The notes: generated by a model not told the origin, from the sequence alone. Positions 53,465 through 64,000 are shown, numbered from the stretch's first letter. The stretch is 64,000 bases of DNA from an uncultured delta proteobacterium (GCA_963711565.1 CAVQEQ010000004.1:928001-992000), one strand, 5' to 3'. A program made the numbers and translations.

Positions 53465-54625
53465 ATGCCGATTTACCTCGATCATAACGCGGGCGCTCCT
53501 CTTCGCGCCGAAGCGGCCGGCGCGATTTCGCGCCTGCTGGCAGAGGCGGGAGGGAATCCCTCGTCGGTGCATCGCGCGGGCCAGCGCTCGCGCCGGATGC
53601 TCGAGACCGCGCGCGCGCAGGTCGCGGCGCTCGTCGGTGCCGAGCCGCGGCAGATGGTGTTTACCAGCGGCGGCACTGAGTCGAACAATCTCGCAATCTT
53701 CGGCGCAATCACGGCGGCGTCGCGGCGCTGTAAAATTATTTCATCCGAAATTGAGCATTCCTCGGTCCTCGCTCCGCTAGCGGAACTCGAGCGCCGCGGC
53801 TTTGAGGTGGTGCGAGTCGTGCCAGACTCCGATGGACGAATTGATCCCGCGCGCGTGCTTGCCGCGGTCGATAGCGAGACTGCACTTATCACGCTTGGAC
53901 TTGCGAACTCCGAAGTCGGCACGATCCAGGATCTGGCGCCGCTCGCATCGACCTCCCACAACAAGGGCGCGCTATTTCATATCGATGCGGCGCAGGCCGT
54001 TGGCCGAATTCCGGTAGATGTGGCAGCTCTCGGCTGCGATCTGATGACGCTCAGCGGTCACAAGCTTGGTGCGCCTGCGGGAATCGGCGCGTTATACGTC
54101 CGCGACGCCGCGCGCATTGCGGCGATCACACTTGGTGGGCCGCATGAAAGCGGGATGCGCGCGGGGACGCCGAATCTGCTTGGCGCGGTGGCGTTTGGCG
54201 CGGCGACTGAGGCTGCGATGAGTGCAATGGACGAGGAGTCGGAGCGAATCAGTTCACTCGCGATGTCGTTGCTGAACAGACTGCGCGAGACGATTCCCGG
54301 CCTTCGCTTGAATGGGCCGCTTATCGGCCGCTTGCCGAACACTCTCAACCTCACGTTTCCGGGCGTGCTCGGCGAGAGCATGCTGATTGCGCTCGACCTC
54401 GAAGGCGTTGAAGTTTCGATGGGCTCGGCGTGTGCGGCGGGCGCCGTCGAGCCGTCGCATGTGCTGCGCGCGATGGGCCGCAGCGTCGCCGACGCGCGCA
54501 GCTCACTCAGAATCAGCCTCGGATGGAATAACACCGTGGAGGAAATCGATGCCGTCGCCAAGATCATCCCGGCGGTGTGGCGGCGAGTCGCGGATGCCGA
54601 GCCTCTTTCGGAGGACGCGCGATGA
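53465..54625 (+). CDS. iscS: Cysteine desulfurase (IscS/NifS-like), partner of MnmA
   Basis: YLDHNA, GNPSSVH, SGGTESNN, SGHK, SMGSAC. Confidence 0.93.
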   Translation: MPIYLDHNAGAPLRAEAAGAISRLLAEAGGNPSSVHRAGQRSRRMLETARAQVAALVGAEPRQMVFTSGGTESNNLAIFGAITAASRRCKIISSEIEHSSVLAPLAELERRGFEVVRVVPDSDGRIDPARVLAAVDSETALITLGLANSEVGTIQDLAPLASTSHNKGALFHIDAAQAVGRIPVDVAALGCDLMTLSGHKLGAPAGIGALYVRDAARIAAITLGGPHESGMRAGTPNLLGAVAFGAATEAAMSAMDEESERISSLAMSLLNRLRETIPGLRLNGPLIGRLPNTLNLTFPGVLGESMLIALDLEGVEVSMGSACAAGAVEPSHVLRAMGRSVADARSSLRISLGWNNTVEEIDAVAKIIPAVWRRVADAEPLSEDAR

Positions 54626-55716
54626 AGCCGCGAGTTCTCGTCGCAATGTCGGGCGGAGTGGACAGTTCCGTCGCGGCGGCGATTCTGCGCGAACAGGATT
54701 ACGACGTCGTCGGTGTCGCGATGCGTCTTGCGCCCGAGCCGTCCACGCCAATCGCGAAGCGGCGCGGCACCTGCTGCTCACATGACGACTTCGAAGATGC
54801 GCGCCGGGTCGCGGAGCGGATGGATTTTTCGTTCTATGTGATCGATTTGCGCGCCGACTTTGCCGCGCGCGTGGTCGATAACTTCGTTTCCGAATATCTC
54901 GGCGGCCGCACGCCGAATCCCTGCGTGATGTGCAATCGCGAGATCAAGTTCGATCGCTTGTGGAGCCGCGCGCGCGCGCTGGACGCCGAGTACGTTGCGA
55001 CCGGGCATTACGCGCGGATAGAGCAAGATGCTGACGGCAGGTTTCATCTGCTGCGCGCGGCCGACGACACCAAGGATCAGTCGTACTTTCTATTCACGCT
55101 TGGGCAGGACGAGCTCTCGCGCACAATTTTTCCGCTCGGCTCGATGACCAAGACTGAGGTTCGCGCGCGCGCCCGAGCGCTGGGGCTGGTGACCGCGGAC
55201 AAGCCGGAGAGCCAGGAAATATGCTTCGTCCCCGACGGCGACTACGCGAGTTTTGTCGAGCGGCGAAGCGATCCAGCCCAACTGCGTCCCGGCTCGATTA
55301 TCGACGGCGAAGGAAAGCGCTTGGCGGATCATGCCGGCGTGCATCTATTCACCGTCGGACAGCGCCGCGGCCTGGGTATCGCGAGTGGCGAGCGGCTGTA
55401 CGTTCGCGAGATTCGAGCCGCGTCTGGCGAGGTCGTAGCCGGGCGCCGCGAGGAGCTCGATTCTTCGGGTTTGATCGCGAATCGAGTCAGCCTGGTCGAT
55501 GATTCGATCGCGTCGGGCGGCGAGTTGAGCGTCGAAGTTAAGATTCGCTATCGGCATCGCGCGCTCCCGGCGACCATGCGCGTCGATTCGGCGCGGCGCG
55601 CCGAGATTCGTTTCGTGTCCAGTGGTCCCGCAGTGACACCCGGACAGGCGTGCGTCTTCTATCGCGGCGAGGAAGTGCTCGGCGGCGGATTTATCGAGCG
55701 GGCGCTGGAGGGCTGA
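54622..55716 (+). CDS. mnmA: tRNA 2-thiouridylase
   Basis: [43 protein letters not shown]. Confidence 0.97.
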   Translation: MKPRVLVAMSGGVDSSVAAAILREQDYDVVGVAMRLAPEPSTPIAKRRGTCCSHDDFEDARRVAERMDFSFYVIDLRADFAARVVDNFVSEYLGGRTPNPCVMCNREIKFDRLWSRARALDAEYVATGHYARIEQDADGRFHLLRAADDTKDQSYFLFTLGQDELSRTIFPLGSMTKTEVRARARALGLVTADKPESQEICFVPDGDYASFVERRSDPAQLRPGSIIDGEGKRLADHAGVHLFTVGQRRGLGIASGERLYVREIRAASGEVVAGRREELDSSGLIANRVSLVDDSIASGGELSVEVKIRYRHRALPATMRVDSARRAEIRFVSSGPAVTPGQACVFYRGEEVLGGGFIERALEG

Positions 55717-55718
55717 CG

Positions 55719-57050
55719 GTGGCAACGCGCTTCGCAATCGCAACGCTCGGATGCAAGGTCAATCAGTACGATTCGGCGATTATCGAGTCGCGGCTGCGCG
55801 CGCGCGGAATGGAACGCTGCGAATTCACCGAGCAGGCCGACGTTTACATCGTCAACACCTGCACGATTACTGATCGCGCCGACGCCGAGAGTTTGCGGAT
55901 TGCGCGGCGCGCGCGGCGGCTGAATCCCAATGCGCGCGTGGTCATGACCGGATGCCTGGCGCAAGCGAGCCCCGACCTACTGGCGAAGGCAGCCGAGGTC
56001 GATGTTGTCGTCGGACTCGGCAGGCTCGACGACCTCGAGCGCGCGGCAGCTTCAGGAGCGGGTGAGCGCGTCATGGTTACGAATCTGCGCAAGGAAAAAG
56101 CGCCGATTGAAATGGCCGCGGTCACGCTCGACGGTCGTACGCGCGCGTTCCTCAAATTGCAGGAGGGATGCGATCAGTTCTGCACGTTCTGTATCGTGCC
56201 GTTCTCGCGGGGTACCTCTCGCAGCGTCGAGCCGCGCCGCGTGATGGCTGCGCTCGACGACCTTCACGCGCGCGGTTTCAAGGAAGTCGTTCTGACCGGC
56301 GTGCATCTCGGCGGCTACGGCAAGGATCTCGAGCCGCTGGTCGAGCTGGCGGATCTGCTCGAGATGATCGCGGAGCGATGCCCGCTCGAGCGGGTGCGGA
56401 TAAGCTCGCTCGATCCCGAAGAGTTGAGCGACCGGATCGTGGAAATAATTTCGGGCAGCGAAAAATTCTGCCCGCATCTGCATCTGCCGCTGCAATCGGG
56501 CGACGACGAGACGCTGTCACGGATGCGCCGGCGTTACGAGCGCGACTATTTTCGCGATCGCGTCGAGCGCGTGCTGAGCGCGTGGCCTGATGCCGGGATT
56601 GGCACGGATCTGATTGTCGGCTTTCCTGGTGAGAGTGAGGCTCATTTCGAGTCGTACTTTAAATTTGTCGAATCGATGCCGCTTGCGTACTTCCACGTAT
56701 TTCCGTATTCGGTGCGGGCTGGGACCACGGCGGCCAAGTTTTCCGGTCGCGTGAAACCGGCGGAAATAAAGCGGCGCGCCGCGCTGGTGCGCGAACTGGG
56801 CGAGCGCAAGCGGACCGAATTCGCGCGAAGATTCATCGGCACGAAACTTAAGGTATTACTTGAAGAGCGTGGACCGGATGGCACGCTGCGAGGATACAGC
56901 CGCAATTACCTGCGGGTATCGACGCAGGGCCCCGACGAACTGACTAACCGCGAAGTCGAGGTGGAGGCGTCAACCGTTGAAGGCACCCAACTGGTTGGGG
57001 AGATTGTTCGGCCGCGGGCGGACACAACCGCCTGCGTCAGGGCCTCCTGA
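55719..57050 (+). CDS. mtaB: tRNA t6A methylthiotransferase
   Basis: TLGCKVNQYD, NTCT, GCDQFCTFC, LTGVHLG, HVFPYS. Confidence 0.93.
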   Translation: MATRFAIATLGCKVNQYDSAIIESRLRARGMERCEFTEQADVYIVNTCTITDRADAESLRIARRARRLNPNARVVMTGCLAQASPDLLAKAAEVDVVVGLGRLDDLERAAASGAGERVMVTNLRKEKAPIEMAAVTLDGRTRAFLKLQEGCDQFCTFCIVPFSRGTSRSVEPRRVMAALDDLHARGFKEVVLTGVHLGGYGKDLEPLVELADLLEMIAERCPLERVRISSLDPEELSDRIVEIISGSEKFCPHLHLPLQSGDDETLSRMRRRYERDYFRDRVERVLSAWPDAGIGTDLIVGFPGESEAHFESYFKFVESMPLAYFHVFPYSVRAGTTAAKFSGRVKPAEIKRRAALVRELGERKRTEFARRFIGTKLKVLLEERGPDGTLRGYSRNYLRVSTQGPDELTNREVEVEASTVEGTQLVGEIVRPRADTTACVRAS

Positions 57051-57738
57051 AAGTCCCGGCACCCAACTCGAGCGCGTGCTCGGCTATTCGTTCTCACGGC
57101 CGGAGTTGCTCGAAACCGCGCTGACGCATCCGAGCGCCGCCGTCGGCAGCGACGTGCATTACGAGCGGTTAGAGTTTCTTGGCGACGCGGTGCTCGATCT
57201 TGCGATTGCCGACCTGCTGATGCGGAAGTTCCCGACGGCGAAGGAAGGCCCGCTGTCCAAGCAGCGCGCCTCGATCGTGAACGCCCGCACGCTGGCGCTC
57301 AAGGCGCAGGCGATTGAATTGAACGAGATGATGCGACTGGGCAAAGGCGAAGAAAAAAGCGGCGGGCGCGAGAAGACCTCGATTCTTGCGGCCGTATTCG
57401 AGGCCGTGATCGGTGCAATCTACACCGACGGCGGACTCACGCCCGCGCAGCAAGTGGTCGAGCGCCTATTCGAAAACGACATCGGCGGACCCTCGGCGGA
57501 GCGCGACTACAAAACCGAATTGCAGGAAGTCGCGTACCGGCATTTTCGCACGCAGCCGGTGTACGAACTGATCGGGACCGATGGGCCCGATCACGCCAAG
57601 CGCTTCACCACGCGAATCCGGATCGCGGGGCGCGACCTCGGCGTGGCGGAGGGCGGCAGCAAGAAGCAGAGTGAGCAGGCTGCCGCGCGACTCGCGCTCG
57701 ATCGAATCGAAGAAGAGCGCGGTGAGCGTAATGGGTGA
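56977..57738 (+). CDS. rnc: Ribonuclease III (start uncertain)
   Basis: ALTHPS, ERLEFLGDAVL, EAVIGAIY, DYKTELQE, GPDH, SKKQSEQ. Confidence 0.95.
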   Translation: MKAPNWLGRLFGRGRTQPPASGPPESPGTQLERVLGYSFSRPELLETALTHPSAAVGSDVHYERLEFLGDAVLDLAIADLLMRKFPTAKEGPLSKQRASIVNARTLALKAQAIELNEMMRLGKGEEKSGGREKTSILAAVFEAVIGAIYTDGGLTPAQQVVERLFENDIGGPSAERDYKTELQEVAYRHFRTQPVYELIGTDGPDHAKRFTTRIRIAGRDLGVAEGGSKKQSEQAAARLALDRIEEERGERNG

Positions 57739-58618
57739 GCATCGCGCAGGCTTCGTCGCGGTCGCGGGACGCACCAACGTCGGCAAATCGACGCTGGTGA
57801 ATCTGCTCGTGGGCCACAAGGTCGCGATCGTCACGCCGCGTCCGCAGACCACGCGCCGGAGAATTCTCGGTATCCGCAGCGACGCCGACGCGCAAATCCT
57901 GCTGATCGACACGCCCGGACTGCACGAGGCGAAGAAGCAATTGAATCAGCGCATGGTGCAGACGGCGCGGCGCGCGATCGCGGAGGGCGAAGTCATTCTG
58001 GCCGTGGTGGAAGCGGGCGATCATCTGAATCCCGGAGATCGCGCGGTGCTGATTGACATTCGCGCGCTTGGCCGTCCGACGGTCGTTGCAATCAACAAGG
58101 TGGATCGCGTCCCGCGTGCACAACTGCTGCCGCTGATCGAGGAAATCAACCGGGGATTTCCCGGCGCCGAGATCGTCCCCGTCAGCGCGCGCACCGGCGA
58201 AAACGTTGACGAGCTGTTGGCAACTCTCAAGCGGATGCTGCCGGAGAGCCCGGCGCTGATGGCGGCCGACGAATACACCGATCAGACCGAGCGAATGATC
58301 GCGGAAGAGATCGTTCGCGAGAAAATCTTTCTCAAGATGCGCCAGGAGATTCCGTTCTCGACCGCGGTCAGAGTCGAAAAGTTCGAAGATGAAGCGGAAC
58401 GCAAGCTCAAGCGGATCAGCGCGACGGTGGTGGTCGATCGCGAGTCGCACAAAGGCATGCTGATTGGCGCGGGCGGCGGCACGCTCAAGGAGATCGGCAC
58501 GGCGGCGCGAATCGAGCTCGAGGAAATCCTCGGCGCGCGCGTGTTCCTGGAAATCGTCGTCAAAGTCGAGCGCGACTGGACCCGCGATCCACGCAAGCTC
58601 GCGGAGTTCGGGCTGTGA
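57731..58618 (+). CDS. era: GTPase Era
   Basis: GRTNVGKS, PQTTR, DTPG, NKVD, EIVREK, KH domain. Confidence 0.96.
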   Translation: MGEHRAGFVAVAGRTNVGKSTLVNLLVGHKVAIVTPRPQTTRRRILGIRSDADAQILLIDTPGLHEAKKQLNQRMVQTARRAIAEGEVILAVVEAGDHLNPGDRAVLIDIRALGRPTVVAINKVDRVPRAQLLPLIEEINRGFPGAEIVPVSARTGENVDELLATLKRMLPESPALMAADEYTDQTERMIAEEIVREKIFLKMRQEIPFSTAVRVEKFEDEAERKLKRISATVVVDRESHKGMLIGAGGGTLKEIGTAARIELEEILGARVFLEIVVKVERDWTRDPRKLAEFGL

Positions 58619-60066
58619 CGAATCCGCGCAAAGCGCCGGGCGCCGAGGCGCGGCGAATTGCCGCCGAAGGTCTGCCTGCCGTGGTGCTCGTTGGCCGTGC
58701 GAATGCGGGCAAGTCCACGCTGTTCAATCGAATTGCGAAAGGCGGGCGCGCGATTACCAGTGCGATTCCCGGCACCACGCGCGATCTGAATTTCGCGCGC
58801 GCAAAATACGGTGACCGTGAATTTGTCGTAATCGACAGCGGCGGCCTGGAGCTCGGCGGCCATGAGCGGATGACGGAGCGTATCGTCGCCGAGGCGCTCG
58901 CCGCCGTCGGCGTCGCTGACGTGGTCGTCTTCATGCTCGACGGCAGGGGCGGCCTGAGCGAGGCCGACGCCGAGGCGCTCGCGCTCGTGCGCGAGACCGG
59001 ATGCCCGCTGATCGTTGCGGTCAACAAGATCGATCGGCCGGGCCAGGAGGCCGAGGCGTCCGAATTCTACTCGCTCGGCGCCGACGAATTGTTTTTCATC
59101 TCGGCGGCGCATGGGCGCGGAGTTGACGAGCTGCTCGATCAAGTGGTCGCGCGGCTGCCCGAGCGCGAAGGCGTCGCGGCGGCAGTTCCGGATTTGAGGC
59201 TCGCTCTGATCGGCCGGCCCAACGTCGGGAAATCGTCGCTGCTCAATCGCCTGTCGGGATTCGAGCGCGCGATCGTGGACGACACTCCCGGCACGACGCG
59301 CGATCCGGTGGACGTGCGGTTGACTTCGGGCGGCCGCGACGTGCTGCTGATCGACACTGCGGGAATACGCAGGCCACCACGCGTCGAGGGTGAGCTCGAG
59401 CATCATTCGGTCGGCCGCGCGATCGAAACGATTCGGCGCGCCAACGTCGTGCTGCTGGTGATCGACGCGAGCGAAGGAATCACCGACCAGGACGCGCGGC
59501 TGGCGCGGCTGGTGGACAGCAACGATCGCGCGATGGTGATTGTGTGCAACAAGTGGGACGTTGCGGCGAAGGCGGGGCGCAAGGTCGCCACTTTTGTCCG
59601 CGATGCGCACGAGCGCTACCCGTTCCTCGAGTACGCATCGATGGTATTCACGTCGGCGGTGACGGGCGACGGCGTCAACGGCATCATCCCGGCGGCAACG
59701 CAGGCGGGCGATTCGTGGCGCGCGGTTTTTCAGACGTCGCGGCTGAATCGCACGCTGGCCGAGGCGACCGCCGCGATGGACCCGCCGCAAGTCGATCGGC
59801 GCCGCTTGAACCTGATGTACGTGACGCAGGTCGGCAACGCGCCGCCGCGTCTTCGATTTTTCACCAACGTCGAACGCGGCATCCCGGCGCACTACATTCG
59901 ATTCATTGAAACGCGATTTCGAAAATCGCTGGGACTGGTCGGTACTCCGCTGCGGCTCGATTTTCGGCGCACCGGCCGCTCGTGGGTGCAAGGTGCTCCG
60001 CCGCGACCAACGCGCGGCAAGCCGCGCAACCGTCCCGCGCCGCGAACCAAACCAGCGCGCGCGTAG
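58615..60066 (+). CDS. der: Ribosome biogenesis GTPase Der
   Basis: Two G domains (GRANAGKS, GRPNVGKS), GTTRD twice, NKWD. Confidence 0.96.
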   Translation: MTNPRKAPGAEARRIAAEGLPAVVLVGRANAGKSTLFNRIAKGGRAITSAIPGTTRDLNFARAKYGDREFVVIDSGGLELGGHERMTERIVAEALAAVGVADVVVFMLDGRGGLSEADAEALALVRETGCPLIVAVNKIDRPGQEAEASEFYSLGADELFFISAAHGRGVDELLDQVVARLPEREGVAAAVPDLRLALIGRPNVGKSSLLNRLSGFERAIVDDTPGTTRDPVDVRLTSGGRDVLLIDTAGIRRPPRVEGELEHHSVGRAIETIRRANVVLLVIDASEGITDQDARLARLVDSNDRAMVIVCNKWDVAAKAGRKVATFVRDAHERYPFLEYASMVFTSAVTGDGVNGIIPAATQAGDSWRAVFQTSRLNRTLAEATAAMDPPQVDRRRLNLMYVTQVGNAPPRLRFFTNVERGIPAHYIRFIETRFRKSLGLVGTPLRLDFRRTGRSWVQGAPPRPTRGKPRNRPAPRTKPARA

Positions 60067-60076
60067 GTTATCCGTG

Positions 60077-60331
60077 ATGCGAATTTTCCAACCAATGAGA
60101 GATCCAAAGAAACACACGCCCGCCGTGCTAGCGACCATATTGCTCGCGCTTTTGCTTTTGATCTATTTGGAGAACTTTGTTGTTCCCGCTGATTGGACCC
60201 GGACCCACGACACAATACACGCGCGTATCGTCCTTACTTGCTTACAGCCGCTACTTTTATGGCGGCAGCGGCAGTGGCAGGAAGAACGGGAACGGAAGCG
60301 CGCAAATCAGGACACTACCCGCGTAGGATAA
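60077..60331 (+). CDS. Possible small membrane protein with lower GC
   Basis: ORF with the hydrophobic stretch VLATILLALLLLIYL; codon usage is atypical and no family was recognised. Confidence 0.35.
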   Translation: MRIFQPMRDPKKHTPAVLATILLALLLLIYLENFVVPADWTRTHDTIHARIVLTCLQPLLLWRQRQWQEERERKRANQDTTRVG

Positions 60332-60400
60332 ACGCTTGTGGACCGTCGATCGCGGCGGCGTTTCTTACCCCGCGTGGCGTCCGGTATATTTCAATATACA

Positions 60401-61930
60401 GTGATCCTGATTCTTGATTTCGGCAGCCAGTACACGCAGCTAATCGCGCGCCGCGTGCGCGAAGCGAACGTGTATTGCGAAATCCATCCGTTCAACTTCG
60501 CGCCCGAAAAAATCCGCGCGATGAATCCGCGAGGAATTATTCTGTCCGGTGGACCGGCGAGCCTGTACGAAGAGAATGCGCCAGACATTTCCGACGAAGT
60601 GCTGAATCTCGGCTGCCCGGTGCTGGGAATCTGCTACGGACTATACGTGATCGCGCGGCACATGGGCGCGCACAGTGTAGGCTCGCGTCAACGCGAGTAC
60701 GGACCCGCGACGCTGGTGATCGACGGCGACGACCTGCTGTTCGAGGGACTTAGCGGACGCGAGCATCGCGTATGGATGAGTCACGGCGATCGCGTCGAGG
60801 CGATTCCGGGCGCGCTGTGCGCGATCGCGCACAGTGACAACTCGCCGTACGCGGCGTTCAAGTCGCGCGACGGGCGCATGCGCGGAATCCAGTTTCATCC
60901 CGAGGTCGTGCACACGCCGTGCGGCGCGCAGGTGCTGCGCAACTTCGTGTTGAAAATCTGTGGCGAGCGCGGCGATTGGACGATGGCGAATTTTGTCGAG
61001 ACGAAACTCGCCGAGATTCGCAAGCAGGTCGGCCCGACCGACAAGGTGCTGATGGGATTGTCGGGCGGCGTCAACTCTTCCGTGGCGGCCGCGCTGATTC
61101 ATCGCGCGATCGGCTCACGGCTGCATTGCGTGTTCGTCGACACTGGACTGCTGCGCGCGGGCGAGCGCGAACGGATGGAAAATACGTTCGCCGGCCAGCT
61201 CGGGATCGATCTCAAGGTTACCGATGCGTCCGAGCTTTTTTTGTCGCGGCTGGCGGGCGTGCTCGACCCCGAGCAAAAGCGGCGTATCATCGGCCACACC
61301 TTCATCGACGTGTTCGAATCCGAGGAGGTCGTCAAGGGCGCGCGATTTCTCGGCCAGGGCACGCTCTACCCCGACGTGATCGAATCGGTGTCCTTCAAGG
61401 GTCCATCGGCGGTGATCAAGAGTCATCACAATGTCGGCGGATTGCCGGAGCGGATGCGCCTGGAACTCGTCGAACCGTTGCGCGAGCTGTTCAAGGATGA
61501 GGTCCGCGAAGTCGGCCGGCAGCTTGGGCTGGCGGCTGAAGTCGTTGAGCGGGAGCCCTTTCCCGGACCCGGTCTGGCGGTGCGAATCGTCGGCGAGGTC
61601 ACGCGCGAGCGGCTCGATCTGTTGCGGCGCGCCGACGCGATCGTGATGGAAGAAACCGCTGCCGCCGGCTTCGGACTCAAGCTGTGGCAGGCGTTCGCGG
61701 TGTTGTTGCCGCTCAAGACGGTCGGCGTGATGGGCGACGGGCGCAGCTACGAAAGCGTGATCGCAATTCGCGCGGTCGAGTCAATGGACGGGATGACGGC
61801 GGATTGGGCGCGCCTGGAGCCGGCCTTTCTTGCGCGCGTCTCGAGCCGAATCACCAACGAGGTCAAGGGCGTCAACCGTGTCGTTTACGACATCACGTCG
61901 AAGCCGCCGGCGACGATCGAGTGGGAATGA
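60401..61930 (+). CDS. guaA: GMP synthase (glutamine-hydrolysing)
   Basis: ILDFGSQY, LGICYG, QFHPEV, PP-loop written SGGVNS, IKSHHNVGG, KPPATIEWE. Confidence 0.98.
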   Translation: MILILDFGSQYTQLIARRVREANVYCEIHPFNFAPEKIRAMNPRGIILSGGPASLYEENAPDISDEVLNLGCPVLGICYGLYVIARHMGAHSVGSRQREYGPATLVIDGDDLLFEGLSGREHRVWMSHGDRVEAIPGALCAIAHSDNSPYAAFKSRDGRMRGIQFHPEVVHTPCGAQVLRNFVLKICGERGDWTMANFVETKLAEIRKQVGPTDKVLMGLSGGVNSSVAAALIHRAIGSRLHCVFVDTGLLRAGERERMENTFAGQLGIDLKVTDASELFLSRLAGVLDPEQKRRIIGHTFIDVFESEEVVKGARFLGQGTLYPDVIESVSFKGPSAVIKSHHNVGGLPERMRLELVEPLRELFKDEVREVGRQLGLAAEVVEREPFPGPGLAVRIVGEVTRERLDLLRRADAIVMEETAAAGFGLKLWQAFAVLLPLKTVGVMGDGRSYESVIAIRAVESMDGMTADWARLEPAFLARVSSRITNEVKGVNRVVYDITSKPPATIEWE

Positions 61931-63378
61931 CTGTGCCGGTTCGCACGCGCTTCGCGCCGAGCCCGACCGGCTCGCTCCACATCGGCAACGTTCGCTCGGG
62001 CCTATTCGCCTACCTGTACGCGCGTCACAACCACGGCCAGTTCATCCTGCGCGTCAACGACACCGATCGCGAACGATCGACGAAACAGTCGCTCGAGGAA
62101 ATTCTCGCGGATTTGAAATGGCTCGGGATGGAATGGGACGAGGGTCCGCCCGACGAGGCATACTTTCAGACCAATCGAGTCGAACGCCATCGTGAAGCCG
62201 CGTTGAAACTTTTGCGCGAGCGCAAGGCGTATCCTTGCTACTGCTCGACGGAGGAACTCGACGCCAAGCGCAAGCAGGCCGAGCGCGAGCGTCGCCGGCC
62301 GGTTTACGATCGCAAGTGCCGCGGGCTCGACTGCCCCGCGGACTTGCCGCTGCCCGACAAATCTGCCGGCCGGAACTATACGATTCGGTTCGCAATGCCC
62401 CTCGATGGCGAGACGATCGTCAACGATCTCGTGAAAGGCCGGATGGTCTTTCAGAATAGCGAGCTCGACGACTTCATCATCGTGCGCTCGGACGGCTCGC
62501 CGATTTACAACTTCGCGAGCATCCTCGACGACGTGGATATGCAAATCACGCACATCGTTCGCGGCGACGATCACGTGTCGAATACGCCGCGTCAGATGCA
62601 GATGGCGTACGCGCTCGGCTTCACGCCGCCCGCGTTCGCGCATCTGCCGCAGGTGCTGGGGCCCGACGGATCGCCGCTCTCGAAACGCCACGGCGCAACG
62701 TCGGTGATCGCTTATCGCGAGAACGGTTACTTTCCGGAGGCGATGCTGAACTACCTCGCGCGCCTCGGATGGTCGCACGGCGACCAGGAAATTTTCTCGA
62801 AGGATGAGCTGATCAACTTCTTTGGCTTCGAGGCGTGCGGAAAGTCGGCCGGCGTATTCAACGCCGAGAAATTGCTCTGGCTCAATTTCCATTACCTGAA
62901 GGAGCGGCCGCTACCGCGGCTCGTGGCCGAAATCAAGCCATTCATCGCTCAACGCGGATGGCCGATTCCGGGCGACGACGCGTGGCTCGAAAAGGCCGTC
63001 GCTACTCTGCACGAGCGCGCCAAGACGCTGGTCGAGTTGGTGGACTTCGCGTCGTTCTACTTGAAAGACGACATCGCGACAGATTCCAAGGCGGCGGCGA
63101 AATTCCTGAAGCCCGAAATCGCCGAGCCTCTGCGCGCGTTGGCCGCCGAGATCGAATCCCACGAGGGAGAAGTCTCCGAGGCGTCGGTGCAGGCCGTGTT
63201 CGAATCTGTTCTCGCGCGTTTCAACCTCAAACTCGGACAACTCGCGCAGCCGGTCCGCGTCGCGCTCACCGGCGGCACCGTCAGTCCCGGGATTTACGAG
63301 GTGATCGCGGTCCTGGGTAAACGACGCACCGTCGATCGCCTGAACGCCGCCGTCCGCCTGATCGTGCCGACCGCTTAG
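61927..63378 (+). CDS. gltX: Glutamate-tRNA ligase
   Basis: RFAPSPTG, HIGN, CYC, RGDDH, LSKRHG, LARLGWS. Confidence 0.97.
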   Translation: MTVPVRTRFAPSPTGSLHIGNVRSGLFAYLYARHNHGQFILRVNDTDRERSTKQSLEEILADLKWLGMEWDEGPPDEAYFQTNRVERHREAALKLLRERKAYPCYCSTEELDAKRKQAERERRRPVYDRKCRGLDCPADLPLPDKSAGRNYTIRFAMPLDGETIVNDLVKGRMVFQNSELDDFIIVRSDGSPIYNFASILDDVDMQITHIVRGDDHVSNTPRQMQMAYALGFTPPAFAHLPQVLGPDGSPLSKRHGATSVIAYRENGYFPEAMLNYLARLGWSHGDQEIFSKDELINFFGFEACGKSAGVFNAEKLLWLNFHYLKERPLPRLVAEIKPFIAQRGWPIPGDDAWLEKAVATLHERAKTLVELVDFASFYLKDDIATDSKAAAKFLKPEIAEPLRALAAEIESHEGEVSEASVQAVFESVLARFNLKLGQLAQPVRVALTGGTVSPGIYEVIAVLGKRRTVDRLNAAVRLIVPTA

Positions 63379-63379
63379 A

Positions 63380-63914
63380 TCACTTCGTACTCGTCGGTGG
63401 TAGCACGAGGATCTGCCCGTTCATCTCCGGCTGATGTACCGTACAGTAGAAGTCGAAGATTCCGTCTTTGTGAAATGTGAACACGTAGGACGTTCTTGGT
63501 GAGCGGTGCCAGCTTCAGATGCAACAGTACTGCTGAATCCGGCGCAGTGAGCATGAAGTCGTGCTCGTCGTCAGACTGCAGATTCCAGAACGTGAGCATC
63601 GTCGGCACGTCGCGATGAACCGCGATAAACGTTGGCGAGAATGCGTAAACCTCGCCGAATTTCACCACCGTCTCCTTCGGCCCCGTCTCCTTGATCGCGA
63701 CCGCCTCCGTCAGAATGGTCACCTGCGCCTCCGCGATGCCCGTTTTCGCGACGGACACGATCTTTGACGCGGCCGCATCCGGCAGGTAGAAGTGCTTGTC
63801 CATCGGCGGCATGGACCCAGCACTCGCGACGGCCCTCAACGCGAGCAATATTGCCGGTACGGCTGCTGCCGGAACTCGACGCCAAATTGCGCGAGCCACT
63901 TCCCAGTTACTCAT
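63380..63914 (-). pseudogene. Exported cupredoxin (type 1 copper) protein with a +1 frameshift at 63493-63494 (probably a sequence error)
   Basis: Signal peptide, YAFSP, EHDF. Removing one base gives LTKTSYVFTFHKDGIFDFYCTVHQPEMNGQILVL, which carries the C-x2-H-x3-M ligand loop. Confidence 0.85.
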
Positions 63915-64000
63915 CCAAATAGTACCTTGATTGCATGAGTGTACTCGTACCATACGTAGTCGAGCAGACCGGCCGCGGCGAGCGTTCTTACGACATCTAT

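Overview
GC-rich bacterial chromosomal segment. The gene order (tilS-ftsH-folP-cdaA-cdaR-glmM-pdxJ-nnr-tsaE-lysC-cimA-cysE; iscS-mnmA-mtaB-rnc-era-der-guaA-gltX) resembles deltaproteobacteria-like lineages, possibly Binatota (inference only). The left half is more accessory: a membrane glycosylation block, a DinB gene, a di-heme protein, Lhr, AcnA, secreted proteins, a VWA-FHA protein and hicBA. No rRNA, tRNA, CRISPR array, integrase or transposase was recognised. Two signals are not explained by the gene list. (1) Across the window, GACGTC and GTCGAC palindromes are often written as AACGTC/GACGTT or GTCAAC/GTTGAC. This turns near-invariant Asp residues into Asn in GuaA, LysC, Lhr, FtsH, Der, IlvB and probably GltX, and gives two +1 frameshifts at GACGTTC. 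The best explanation is a motif-specific DNA modification leaving consensus errors. (2) Two accessory inserts, one on each side of a membrane gene, are bounded by 44 and 62 bp near-identical direct repeats copied from native gene boundaries. One repeat gives a GT87 gene the putative promoter and first eight codons of thiO. All calls come from reading the sequence and recalling family motifs; no searches were run.
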